From positions 512,446 to 576,445 of the forward strand of contig CAVQDT010000008.1 in assembly GCA_963711305.1 (NCBI GenBank): a stretch of 64,000 nt of DNA, read 5' to 3'. Origin of the DNA: an uncultured Pseudomonadota bacterium. GTDB lineage: Bacteria > Myxococcota_A > Polyangia > Fen-1088. Under the pieces are notes generated by a model, which saw only the letters and a program-made list of their open reading frames with translations, ran no database searches and had not been told where the DNA came from. Below, piece after piece: positions 34,501 to 43,013 of the stretch (the first letter of the stretch is position 1; each line of letters opens with the position of its first letter). The translations under genes and the position numbers were made by a program.

Positions 34501-35206
34501 CTGATTGCGCCGCTGCAGCGAGCAGTCGCGCTCGCCGAGCGCGAGCACGCCGCCGGCGCCGTCGCCGAAGATCTGCACCTCGACGTGGCGCGCGCGCACC
34601 ACCAGCTTCTCGAGGTAGAGCCCCGCGTGCTTGAAGTTGGCGCGTCCGAGCTTCTCGACCGCCTCGTAGGCGCCGTCGAGCTCGCTCTCGCTGTCGCAGC
34701 GGCGCATGCCGATGCCGCCGCCGCCCGCGGTGCTCTTGAGCATCACCGGGATAGCCGAGCCGCCGCGCCTCACGCCGGGCCTCGTCGAGGCCCGAGAGCA
34801 GCTCGGTGCCGGGCAAGAGCGGCACGCCCAGCTCGCGCGCCCGCTCGCGCGCGACGTGCTTGAGGCCGAAGTCGCGCACCTGCGCCGGCGTCGGTCCGAT
34901 GAACGCCAGGCCCGCCGCCTCGCACGCCTCGGCGAACGCGGCGTTCTCGCTGAGGAAGCCGTAGCCCGGGTGCACCGCCTCGGCGCCGGTCGCGCGCGCG
35001 GCGGCGAGGATCTTGTCGACGTCGAGGTAGCTCTGCGCCGCTGGCGCCGGCCCGAGGCGCACCGCCTCGTCCGCCATCGTCACGTGCGGCGCGTGGCGGT
35101 CGGCGTCGGAGTAGACGGCGACGCCGCCCACACCCATGCGGCGCAGTGTGCGCAGGATGCGGCAGGCGATGACGCCGCGGTTGGCGATCAGGACTTTGCG
35201 GAACAT
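31550..35206 (-). pseudogene. Urea carboxylase-type biotin carboxylase (possibly guanidine carboxylase), about 1218 codons, 6 frame changes as sequenced
   Basis: The biotin carboxylase N-terminus is [20 protein letters not shown]. Further motifs: ATP-grasp ([25 protein letters not shown]), KipA/KipI-like (allophanate hydrolase subunit 2 and 1-like) middle domains, and a C-terminal biotinyl domain (VLETMKMETPV). Successive minus-strand frames by start coordinate mod 3 are 1,0,2,1,0,2,1. Confidence 0.9.
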
Positions 35207-35249
35207 CTGGATGGGGGGCTGAGAGGGGGGGCCTGAAATGGGGTGGTGG

Positions 35250-35910
35250 CTAGCCGGCCGGAGGATCCCATACCAGCAGGCGCACCGGCGTGGGATTGTA
35301 GGCGTTGCAGGGGTTGTTGAGCTGCGGGCAGTTCGAGATCAGCACGAGGACGTCGGTCTCCGCGCGCATCTCGACGTAGCGTCCGGGCGCCGACACGCCG
35401 TCGGCGAACGACAGCCCGCCCTCGGGCGTGACCGGCACGTTCATGAAGAAGTTGATGTTGCTGGCCAGATCGCGCTTGTTCATCCCGCGCCCGAGCTCGG
35501 CGAGCGCCAGCAGGAAGCTGTCGCGGCAGCTGTGCATGTACTTCTTTTCGAGCGCGTAGCGCACCTGGTTGCTCTCCGCCGAGCAGGCGCCGCCCAGCGT
35601 GTCGTGGCGGCCGCAGGTGTCGGCGACGATCGTCAGCAGCGCGCGCCCTTCGTTCGACATGAGGCGCGTGCCGGTGGTGAGGTAGATGCCGCCCTGCGCG
35701 CGGATCGTGTCGCACGAGCTGTAGCGCTCGTCGGGGTCGTCGCGCGTCGTAAAAGAGCGTGTCGACCGCCTGGTTGCCCTCGAGATCGACGATGCGGAAG
35801 ATCTGGCCGCGGCGCAGGTCGCGCGTGAAGCCGCGGCCCGATGGGACGACCTGGTCGAAGACCGCGCGCGCCGGATCGAGCGTACTCTCCTTGAGCGCGA
35901 AGGTGGTCAC
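35250..35910 (-). pseudogene. Urea carboxylase-associated family protein 2 (DUF1989-type), 1 frame change as sequenced
   Basis: A GTG start overlaps the upstream stop (GTGA). [56 protein letters not shown] is followed, after a shift near 35740, by [25 protein letters not shown]...NFFMNVPV...LISNCPQ. Confidence 0.8.
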
Positions 35911-36638
35911 GGCATCTCCTGGCGCGCGTATGCCTCGGTGAGCGCGAAGCCGCGCGCGTTCTCGGGGCGCGAGAGGCGGCAGGGATCGTCCTCGCGCACC
36001 GGCGCCGCGCGGCCGATGGTGATCGTGACATCCGGCGGCGCATAGGCGGTCGCGGGATCGAGCGGGTGCGGTGTGTTCGACAGCACCAGCAGCGTGTTCA
36101 TCTCGAAGCGCAGCGCGACGCTGCGGCCGGCGCGCGGCGGCTCGGCGGCCCAGCCGAGCGCCCCGTCGTCGCCCACGCGCACCTTGACGAAGAAGTTCAC
36201 CGCGACGCCCAGGTCGCGCTTGCCGAGCCCGTGCTTGCCGAGCTCGACGAGGAAGTTGTCGCGCGTGTTGCGGTGGAAGTCGTTGCGCTTCTCCTGATAG
36301 CTGCCCTCGCCGAAGCGCGCGCCCGAGACCGCCGCGTCGCCGATGCCGGAGATCGTGTCGTGCCAGCCGGCGGTGTCGTCGACGATCGACGCCAGGATGC
36401 GCCCCATGTCGGAGTAGAGCACGCGCCCGCTGGTCAGGAACGCGGTGTACTGCGCCTTGAGCGTGTCGGGCATGTTGTAGCGTTCGAGCGGCTCGGCGGC
36501 GTTGAACAGCAGCGCGGCGACCGCGGCGCGTCCAGTGGGGTCGGTGATGCGCAGCAGTTGCCCGCGGCGCATGCGGCGCGACCAGGCGCTGCCGCCGCGC
36601 AAAGTTTCGGTCACAGCTTCGGGATCATCGGTGGCCAT
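35907..36638 (-). CDS. Urea carboxylase-associated family protein 1 (DUF1989-type)
   Basis: 243-aa intact ORF with GQLLRITDPTGRAAVAALLFNA...GWHDTISG...NFFVKVRV...VLSNTPHPLD. It is a paralog of the next gene. Confidence 0.8.
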   Translation of the reverse strand: MATDDPEAVTETLRGGSAWSRRMRRGQLLRITDPTGRAAVAALLFNAAEPLERYNMPDTLKAQYTAFLTSGRVLYSDMGRILASIVDDTAGWHDTISGIGDAAVSGARFGEGSYQEKRNDFHRNTRDNFLVELGKHGLGKRDLGVAVNFFVKVRVGDDGALGWAAEPPRAGRSVALRFEMNTLLVLSNTPHPLDPATAYAPPDVTITIGRAAPVREDDPCRLSRPENARGFALTEAYARQEMP

Positions 36639-36656
36639 GGTGCTCCTGGTTGAGCT

Positions 36657-37580
36657 TCACTCGACGTCGTCCCCCACGACGGTCATGCGTATCATGGGAA
36701 TGCGATCTTGTGCCTGCGCCGCCGGCGGGTGGATCAATTCCTGAAGGTGGCGGCGCGCCGCCATGAAGGTCGGCGAGAGAAACTGCTCGGGCGTGCGCGG
36801 CCGCGGCACCGCGACCTCCATCAATTCGCGCACGCGCCCCGGGTGCGCGTCCAGCACCAGGATCCGGTCGGCGAGATAGACCGCCTCGTCGAGGTCGTGG
36901 GTGATGAAGATGATGGTGACATCGACCTGCTTCCAGATCTGCAACAGGTACGACTGCATCTGCGCGCGCGTCTGCGCGTCGAGCGCGCCGAACGGCTCGT
37001 CCATCAGCAAGATCCGCGGTCGCGGCGCCAGCGCGCGCGCGATCGCCACCCGCTGCTTCATGCCGCCCGACAGCTGGTGCGGATAGGCGTCGGCGAACTT
37101 GCTCAGACCGACGAGCTGGATCCAGGCACGCGCCTCCTCCTCGGCGGTGCTCGAATGCTCGCCCCCGAGCTCGAGCCCGAACATCACGTTCTTGGTGACG
37201 GTGAGCCAGGGGAAGAGCGTGTAGCCCTGGAAGACCATGCCGCGGTCGGGGCCGGGGCCGTGCACCTGCTTGCCGTCGAGCAGCACCTCGCCGCCGGTCG
37301 CGTCTTCGAGGCCGGCGAGGATGCGCGCCACGGTCGATTTCCCGCAGCCCGAAGGTCCGATCACGCACATGATCTCGCGCCGGTGGGCGCGGAAGCTGAC
37401 GTTGTCGAGCGCGCGCGTCGTGCCGCCGTCGCGCAGCGCGAAGTCTTTGACCAGGCCGCGCACCTCCAGGGTCACCGGGCGCTCCTTCAGCTTGCGAAAG
37501 CGGTCGGCGACCTCGGGCGCCTGCGCGCGGTAGTCGGGCAGCGTCGCGACGGTTTCGATCGTGCCGGCGCCGGCGCTCAC
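36657..37580 (-). CDS. ABC transporter ATP-binding protein (nitrate/sulfonate/bicarbonate NitT/TauT family)
   Basis: 307 aa with Walker [10 protein letters not shown], signature [15 protein letters not shown] and Walker [12 protein letters not shown]. Intact. Confidence 0.9.
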   Translation of the reverse strand: MSAGAGTIETVATLPDYRAQAPEVADRFRKLKERPVTLEVRGLVKDFALRDGGTTRALDNVSFRAHRREIMCVIGPSGCGKSTVARILAGLEDATGGEVLLDGKQVHGPGPDRGMVFQGYTLFPWLTVTKNVMFGLELGGEHSSTAEEEARAWIQLVGLSKFADAYPHQLSGGMKQRVAIARALAPRPRILLMDEPFGALDAQTRAQMQSYLLQIWKQVDVTIIFITHDLDEAVYLADRILVLDAHPGRVRELMEVAVPRPRTPEQFLSPTFMAARRHLQELIHPPAAQAQDRIPMIRMTVVGDDVE

Positions 37581-38669
37581 GAGACCACCTCACCCGCGCT
37601 GACGGTGGTGGCCGCGTCGTCGGTGCCTTCCGTCGAGACCGCCGCCGCTGGAGCGCGGCGCTCGCGGCGCTTGAGCATCTGCACGGCTTGCGAGAACCAA
37701 CCGGCGCGCGCGGTCCGCGCCCAGGGAAAGATCTGCCGCCCGATCGACGCTAGGATCACGTCGGTGGTGAGGCCGATGAGGCCGATGAGGATGATCGACG
37801 GCGAACACGCGATCGTACGCGCGGTACTTTGCTTGCTGGTTGATGAAGAACGTGATGCCGGAGCTCACGCCGATGAGCTCGGCGACGATCAGGTACGTCC
37901 AGGCCCAGCCGAGCAGCACGCGCTGGTCGGCGAAGAGATCGGTGATGATGCCGGGCACGACCACGCGCCAGAGCAGTTGCCGCGGCTTTGCGCCCAGCGT
38001 CTGCGCCGCCTCGAGCAGCGCCGGATCCAGGCGGCGCGTGGTGTTCGATACGACCAGGACTTGCTGAAAGAACGTGCCGATGAAGATGATCGCGATCTTG
38101 GGCGCGTCGTTGATTCCCAGCACCGCGACCGCCAGCGCGCCGAACGCTGGCGCCGGCAGGTAGCGAAAGAACTCGATGAACGGCTCGGTGAGCCGCGCCA
38201 TCGAGGGCAGCGCGCCGCACAGGATGCCGAGCGGCACGCCGATCACCGACGAGATCAGGAAGCCCCAGAAAATGATGCCGATGCTGTGGAGCAACGCCTC
38301 GTGCAGCCAGGGCTCGTCGGGGCGCGCCGGCGGCGCGGTGAATCCAGTCACGAGCGCGCGCAGCACCTCATGCGGCGCGGGGAGAAAGACCGGATTGGTC
38401 GCTACCCCGCGCGCGACGTGGCCGCCGCGCGCCGCGACCGCCTGGTTTTCGGTGCGGAACGCGTCGCCCTCGACGAACTGGTCGCGCGACATCCAGTCGA
38501 CGTCGCCCGGGTCGGTCACCTTGATCATCGGGTGCCAGATGAACGGCACGTAGCTGACCAGGCACCAGAGACCGATGGGGAGCAGGAACGCGAGCGCGCC
38601 CAGGGTGAGCCTCCGCCGCGGCGGCAGCTCACCAAAGGGCCGTAGCCAGTCACGCCGGCCGGCGGCCAT
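37577..38669 (-). pseudogene. ABC transporter permease (NitT/TauT family), 1 frame change near the C-terminus as sequenced
   Basis: A BPD-transporter-like core is present (EAAQTLGAKPRQLLWRVVVPG). The last ~60 codons (IILIGLIGLTTDVILASIGRQIFPWA...) are in ORF 37577-37759. The shift is near 37790. The stop overlaps the ATPase start. Confidence 0.85.
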
Positions 38670-38671
38670 GG

Positions 38672-39778
38672 CTATTGAGCGGCAGCTTGCGCGGCGCCCA
38701 GCGCTTCACGCAGCAGCGAGCCGTCGAGATACTCGGCGACCGGCTGCGGCTTGGCGTAGACCTTGTTGGCGACGTTGAACGCGTCCGCGACCAGGCCCGA
38801 CCCGTACAGCGTGCCGAGACCTTCCTTCTTGTCGAAGCGCGCGAGCGCCTCCTGCGGGCTCAGGAAGCGCGTGCCGGGCAGGAACTTGGCGTACTCCTCG
38901 GGCGGCACGCCGGCGCGGCCGCCCATGATCTTGACGGCCTCGGCCTTGTTTGCCGGGTCGGTCACGAACGCGACCGTGCGGTTCCAGACCTTGACCACCT
39001 TGACCCAGTCGTCGCGGCGGGTCGACAGGCTCTTGGGGCTGACGCTCACCAGGTCGTAGATCAACCCGGGCAGGTCGGCGCTGGTCAGGACCGCCTTCGA
39101 ACCGGCAACCGCCTTGAGCGCTTGTCCTGCGTTCGGCTGCCAGGCGCCGATCGCGTCGACGTCCTTCGAGGCCAGCGTCTGCGCCGTCTGGTGCGTCGGC
39201 ACGTTGACCAGCTTGACGTCGGTCTCCTTGAGGCCGGCCTTCTCCAGGCCCTTGAGCAGGAGCAAGTGCTCGACGAGGCCGATCTCGAGGCCGACCTTCT
39301 TGCCCTTGAGGCCCTTCAGATCCTTGATGCCCGGCCGCGCGACGATCATGTCGTTGCCGTTGCTGTAGTCGGTGGCGATGATGCCGACGCTGCGCGCGCC
39401 CGGCGCGCCGGTCACCAGCGCATCACCCACGGTGACCATCACCGCGTCGACCTTGCCGGCCGCGAACGCCTCCATCGACGGCGCGTACTCGAACCAGTCG
39501 AACTTCACGTCGACGCCGGCTTCCTTGAACCAGCCCTTCTGGATCGCGATCTCGAAGGCGGTCCAGCCGGGCCAGTCGCTGTAGGCGATGCGGAGCGGAG
39601 GCTTCGCCGCGGGCGCGGGCGGCGCTGGCGGCGGTGTGGGCGCGGCGGCTGGCGGCGGGGTCGCGGCGGTTTCCGTTTTCTGACAACCACTGCCGGTGGC
39701 GGCTAGCCCGACGCAAGCGATGCCGCCGAACAGAAGCGCAAACTCTCGAGCCCATGACCGTCGCGATGTGGACCGCAT
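38672..39778 (-). CDS. ABC transporter substrate-binding lipoprotein (NMT1/THI5-like, NitT/TauT family)
   Basis: Starts at MRSTSRR with lipobox TGSGC and a Pro/Ala linker, then [32 protein letters not shown]. Intact. Confidence 0.85.
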   Translation of the reverse strand: MRSTSRRSWAREFALLFGGIACVGLAATGSGCQKTETAATPPPAAAPTPPPAPPAPAAKPPLRIAYSDWPGWTAFEIAIQKGWFKEAGVDVKFDWFEYAPSMEAFAAGKVDAVMVTVGDALVTGAPGARSVGIIATDYSNGNDMIVARPGIKDLKGLKGKKVGLEIGLVEHLLLLKGLEKAGLKETDVKLVNVPTHQTAQTLASKDVDAIGAWQPNAGQALKAVAGSKAVLTSADLPGLIYDLVSVSPKSLSTRRDDWVKVVKVWNRTVAFVTDPANKAEAVKIMGGRAGVPPEEYAKFLPGTRFLSPQEALARFDKKEGLGTLYGSGLVADAFNVANKVYAKPQPVAEYLDGSLLREALGAAQAAAQ

Positions 39779-39884
39779 GTGTCTCCTTCTTCGCCCGAGC
39801 ACGGGGGCGAGAGAGCCGCATAGTACCCACCGCAGGTAAACGCCGCGTTTCTGCGAGACAAATACGTCGTAACTAGGGGGACGG

Positions 39885-40103
39885 CTAGTGCAGCACGCCG
39901 AATCGCCGTAGCAGCAGCGCCGCCGCCACCACCAGGAGCGCAATCGTGAGCAGGTTGGTGAGCGTGCGGCGCGCGGGTGTGGTCGGTCGCGCCTTGCTGG
40001 ACCCCGTGACGCCCTGCACGGTCGATCGAAATCCGCCGCGCATCCGGGAGAGCGCGCCGCCGCCCCCGCTGGACTTTCTGGCGTGCCGCCGCTTGCGTCC
40101 CAT
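39885..40103 (-). CDS. Possible small tail-anchored membrane protein (72 aa)
   Basis: GC3 is high. It has a basic N-terminus and a C-terminal TM ([15 protein letters not shown]). The GGAG is only about 2 nt from the ATG, so start support is weak. Confidence 0.3.
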   Translation of the reverse strand: MGRKRRHARKSSGGGGALSRMRGGFRSTVQGVTGSSKARPTTPARRTLTNLLTIALLVVAAALLLRRFGVLH

Positions 40104-40177
40104 GGCTCCGTCTTAGCACCGACCGGGGTCGCCGTCGTGCGTGAGATTCAGGTCGCGCCGGTTTTCATGATGGCCCG

Positions 40178-40600
40178 CTACCACTCGCCGCGGTTGGCGC
40201 GCGACGCCCAGGGCTCGCGCTTTTCCAGCGTGGGCCCGCGCTGCAGGAGCTCGACCGAATGTCCGTCGGGTGACTTGACGAACGCCATGTGGCCGTCGCG
40301 CGGCGGGCGCAGCACCTCGATCCCCTGCGACTCGATGCGCTCGCAGAACTGGTAGATGTCGTCGACCTCGAACGCCAGGTGGCCGAAGAAACGCCCCGTG
40401 GGGTAGGGCTCCTTCTGGTCCCAGTTGTAGGTCAGCTCGATCTCGGCCGGGTCGCCGCCCGCGCCGCTGCCGAGGAAGACCAGCGTGAAGCGTCCCGCCT
40501 CGTTCTGCTGGCGCCGCATCTCACGCAGTCCCAAGGTTCCGAAGAACTTCAGCGCGGCGTCCAGGTCGCGCACCCGCAGCATCGTGTGGAGGTATCGCAT
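40178..40600 (-). CDS. gloA: Lactoylglutathione lyase (glyoxalase I)
   Basis: 140 aa: MRYLHTMLRVRDLDAALKFF...ELTYNWD...GHLAFEVDDIY...MAFVKSPDGHSVELLQ. Confidence 0.85.
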   Translation of the reverse strand: MRYLHTMLRVRDLDAALKFFGTLGLREMRRQQNEAGRFTLVFLGSGAGGDPAEIELTYNWDQKEPYPTGRFFGHLAFEVDDIYQFCERIESQGIEVLRPPRDGHMAFVKSPDGHSVELLQRGPTLEKREPWASRANRGEW

Positions 40601-40638
40601 GGCGCGAAATCTACCCGGTCTCGGCGTGAGGATCAGAA

Positions 40639-40741
40639 AAGAAAGCGCCAGGACGCCAGGGTCCGGATTATTAGTAATCCGGATCAGAATGAGGCTCCCC
40701 CGATTCCCTATTTGGTGTTCCTGGCGTCCTGGCGCTTTCTT
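40639..40741. repeat. 103-bp nested palindromic element (22-bp perfect terminal inverted repeats enclosing a 9-bp AT-rich hairpin)
   Basis: AAGAAAGCGCCAGGACGCCAGG (40639-40660) is the exact reverse complement of 40720-40741. Inside it sits TCCGGATTA-TTAG-TAATCCGGA (40662-40683). The element starts 5 nt after the stop of the upstream minus-strand gene. Confidence 0.9.
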
Positions 40742-40746
40742 ATCCG

Positions 40747-41658
40747 TTACGGGATCAGGTTCAGGCAGCAGCCGGTGATGCAGCCGGTGCCGGCGGGGCA
40801 CGCGGTGGGGGCGATGCCGCCCGGGCCACAGGCCTGCGCCGTGCCCGGGCAGACCGGCGGCGGGGTGCCGGCGTCGACGACGACCGGGCCGCAGTCGGCG
40901 GGCAGCGTCGGCTTGCCGATGCAGATCTCGCAGTGCTCGCAGGTGTTGGCGCACTGGGTGACCTGCGTGCAGGGCGGGCAGGCGACCGGGTCGTTGAACT
41001 TCGCCGCCGTGCAGGTCGCGGCCAGGCGGATCGCGTTGGGCGCGCCCGGGATCTGGCAGCAACCGAAGCAATCACAGCCGTTCGGCACCAGCTTGCGGCA
41101 AGCGCTGATGCAGGCCTGCGATTGCGAGGCCGAGAGCGAGCACTCCGTGGTGTGCGAGGAAGCGTAGCTCGAGTCGTACGGGCAGCTCGCGCTCGTCGAC
41201 AGGGGGTCGCACTTGAGCTGCCACAGGCAGTGATCGTCGCCCATGCCCGAGTTGCCGTCGAAGAAGCAGTCCTGCTTACACGCGTCCATATTGTCGCCAG
41301 GGATCCCGGTCGCAAACGAGCTCTCGTCGTTGTCGAGCGGGCCGACGCACTCGGGATCGGCGTAGTCGATCAATCCGTCGCCGTCGTTGTCGATGCCGTC
41401 ACTGCACTGGGTCTGTCCAATCGGGATCTTCCCGCCCGCGTCGACACCCAGGGTCGGCCCGTCGTAACCACCGTCGTGCGCGCCGTTGCCGCCTCCATTC
41501 CCGGCACTGCCGGCGTCGGAGAAGCTCCCACCCTCGCCGCCCTGGCCGCGGCCATTGCCGCCCGCGGGCGCACTCGCATCGTTGCACCCGCTGGGAATCA
41601 CCTCGAAGGCGAGCATGGACAGAACCGCGACGTACCAGAACGCGTTGGGGGACTTCAT
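40747..41658 (-). CDS. Cys-rich secreted lipoprotein with Ca-binding-like DxDxDG motif
   Basis: 303 aa. The signal plus lipobox is IPSGC, followed by a Gly-rich linker and CSDGIDNDGDGLIDYADPEC. There are about 29 Cys in total, including CDCFGCC and CEHCEIC. Intact. Confidence 0.7.
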   Translation of the reverse strand: MKSPNAFWYVAVLSMLAFEVIPSGCNDASAPAGGNGRGQGGEGGSFSDAGSAGNGGGNGAHDGGYDGPTLGVDAGGKIPIGQTQCSDGIDNDGDGLIDYADPECVGPLDNDESSFATGIPGDNMDACKQDCFFDGNSGMGDDHCLWQLKCDPLSTSASCPYDSSYASSHTTECSLSASQSQACISACRKLVPNGCDCFGCCQIPGAPNAIRLAATCTAAKFNDPVACPPCTQVTQCANTCEHCEICIGKPTLPADCGPVVVDAGTPPPVCPGTAQACGPGGIAPTACPAGTGCITGCCLNLIP

Positions 41659-41755
41659 GGCTCACCGGATAACGAGCCGACCGCGCGTCCGATACAGAAA
41701 AAGGGATATTCTAAAAGAGGTGTATCCCGACGACCCAGACGCTCGTAGCTCCCAC

Positions 41756-42403
41756 GTGTCGGGCGCAACCACATTGGCGGCGGCCTCGCCGGTGACGGCG
41801 GCGGCGCCGTCGTTGCCGAGCGCCGCCGATCGCGAGGAGCAGGCTCTGATCACGCGCTGCCTCGCGGGCGAGGCGGATGCGTTTCGCCCGCTGGTGCAGC
41901 GCTACCAGCGTTTGATCTTCTCGGTGGCGCTGCGGATGCTCGGTGGTCGCGCCGAGGCCGAGGACGTCGCGCAGCAGGCGTTCGTCGACGCGTTCGACGC
42001 GCTGGATCGATTCCGCGGCGACGATCGCCCGCACGCGTTCTCGACCTGGCTGGTCCGCATCGCGGTCAACCGCGCCAAGGACGTGCTCAAGTCCAAGCGC
42101 TGGAGCGAGCAGGCGCTCGAGCGCGACGTCATCGGCGGCGAGGCGTCGTTCGCGCATGATCCGTCGACGCCAGAAGCCCACGCGCTGCGCGAGGAGCAGG
42201 TGCGGCGTCTCGAACAGGCGTTGATGCGCGTGCCGACCAAGTATCGCGAGGTTCTGATCCTCAAGGACGTCGAAGAGCTGCCCTACGAGGAGATCCACGC
42301 GATCTTGCGGTTGCCGATCACCACGCTCAAGATCCGAGTCGTGCGCGGTCGCGCGATGATGCAGAAGGCCCTCGACCGGATGGACAAGGAGGTCCGCCGA
42401 TGA
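41756..42403 (+). CDS. ECF (sigma-70 family group 4) RNA polymerase sigma factor; start uncertain (GTG 41756 or 41720)
   Basis: Region 2 is AFRPLVQRYQRLIFSVALRMLGGRAEAEDVAQQAFVDAF...FSTWLVRIAVNRAKD. Region 4 is YREVLILKDVEELPYEEIHAILRLPITTLKIRVVRGR. Longer ORF starts would overlap the divergent gene. Confidence 0.85.
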   Translation: MSGATTLAAASPVTAAAPSLPSAADREEQALITRCLAGEADAFRPLVQRYQRLIFSVALRMLGGRAEAEDVAQQAFVDAFDALDRFRGDDRPHAFSTWLVRIAVNRAKDVLKSKRWSEQALERDVIGGEASFAHDPSTPEAHALREEQVRRLEQALMRVPTKYREVLILKDVEELPYEEIHAILRLPITTLKIRVVRGRAMMQKALDRMDKEVRR

Positions 42404-42978
42404 CCGCCGATCCCCGCGATCCTCTCGACATCGGGCCGATCGCCGACATGGCCAAGCTGCGCGACGTCGTTCCACCCCCGTCGCTGGTGGCCGGCGTCAT
42501 GCGGCGCATCGAGGAGCCGCGCCCGCCCAGCTTGTGGCGATGGCTGCAACGGCCGTTCGTGATCCGCGTGCGGCTCACGCCGCTCAGCGTGAGCGCCGCT
42601 GCGCTGGGAATGGCGCTCGCCGCCGTGCTTCTGGTCCGCGTCTCGGGCGGCTCGCATGCGCCGCCGCCCGCGGTCATCGCCGCGGTCGCACCGGCACCGG
42701 CCGCGCCCGCCGCCGGAGCTCCGGTGCGCGTGCGCTTTCAACTGCAGGCGCGCGGCGCGCGGCGGGTGGCGCTGGCCGGCTCGTTCAACCAGTGGCGGCC
42801 CGACCTCACCGTGCTCGAGCCGGCGAGCGCCGACGGCGTGTTCACCGGCACGCTCGAGCTTCCGCCCGGCGACTACGAATACATGTTCGTCGTCGACGGC
42901 AAGTGGATCAGCGATCCGGGCGCCGGCGAGCGCCGCGACGACGGCTTCGGCCGCCAGAACTCGTTGCTGCGACTTTAG
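42400..42978 (+). CDS. Single-pass anti-sigma factor with extracytoplasmic CBM48/AMPK-beta-like glycan-binding domain
   Basis: The ATGA overlaps the sigma stop. It has a short cytoplasmic N-terminus and one TM (LSVSAAALGMALAAVLLV). Then VRVRFQLQARGARRVALAGSFNQWRPD...LELPPGDYEYMFVVDGKWISDP, which matches the GSFNxW...YEYKFxVDGxW pattern of that domain. Confidence 0.7.
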   Translation: MTADPRDPLDIGPIADMAKLRDVVPPPSLVAGVMRRIEEPRPPSLWRWLQRPFVIRVRLTPLSVSAAALGMALAAVLLVRVSGGSHAPPPAVIAAVAPAPAAPAAGAPVRVRFQLQARGARRVALAGSFNQWRPDLTVLEPASADGVFTGTLELPPGDYEYMFVVDGKWISDPGAGERRDDGFGRQNSLLRL

Positions 42979-43013
42979 GGGCTCACCTCTACTGATGTTA
43001 TTCTCGACGCGCG

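Noticed and set aside
31550-35206. Programmed ribosomal frameshifting or transcriptional slippage to explain the multi-frame genes
   Set aside because: There are up to six shifts per gene, spread over about 22 unrelated genes, with no shared slippery heptamer or downstream structure at the junctions I inspected. Indels, whether technical or mutational, are far more parsimonious.
36708-38645. 645-aa plus-strand ORF
   Set aside because: It is antisense to the ABC ATPase and permease genes, which have canonical Walker and signature motifs on the minus strand. It is a shadow ORF.
39872-40052. ykkC (guanidine-I) riboswitch-like fragments: ACTAGGGGGACGG and CACGG...CCGGGAGAG
   Set aside because: They are on the plus strand, which is the wrong orientation for the minus-strand operon. 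They are spread over about 180 nt instead of about 100 nt. They lie antisense within a possible small ORF and lack the GGUCCGAGAG block. This is probably chance in GC-rich DNA, and an Infernal scan should confirm that.
41486-41755. Long N-terminal extension of the ECF sigma ORF (starts at 41486, 41615 or 41657)
   Set aside because: These starts would overlap the divergently transcribed Cys-rich lipoprotein gene (start at 41658) and add about 90 non-sigma residues. The sigma region 2 spacing fits a start at GTG 41756 or 41720.
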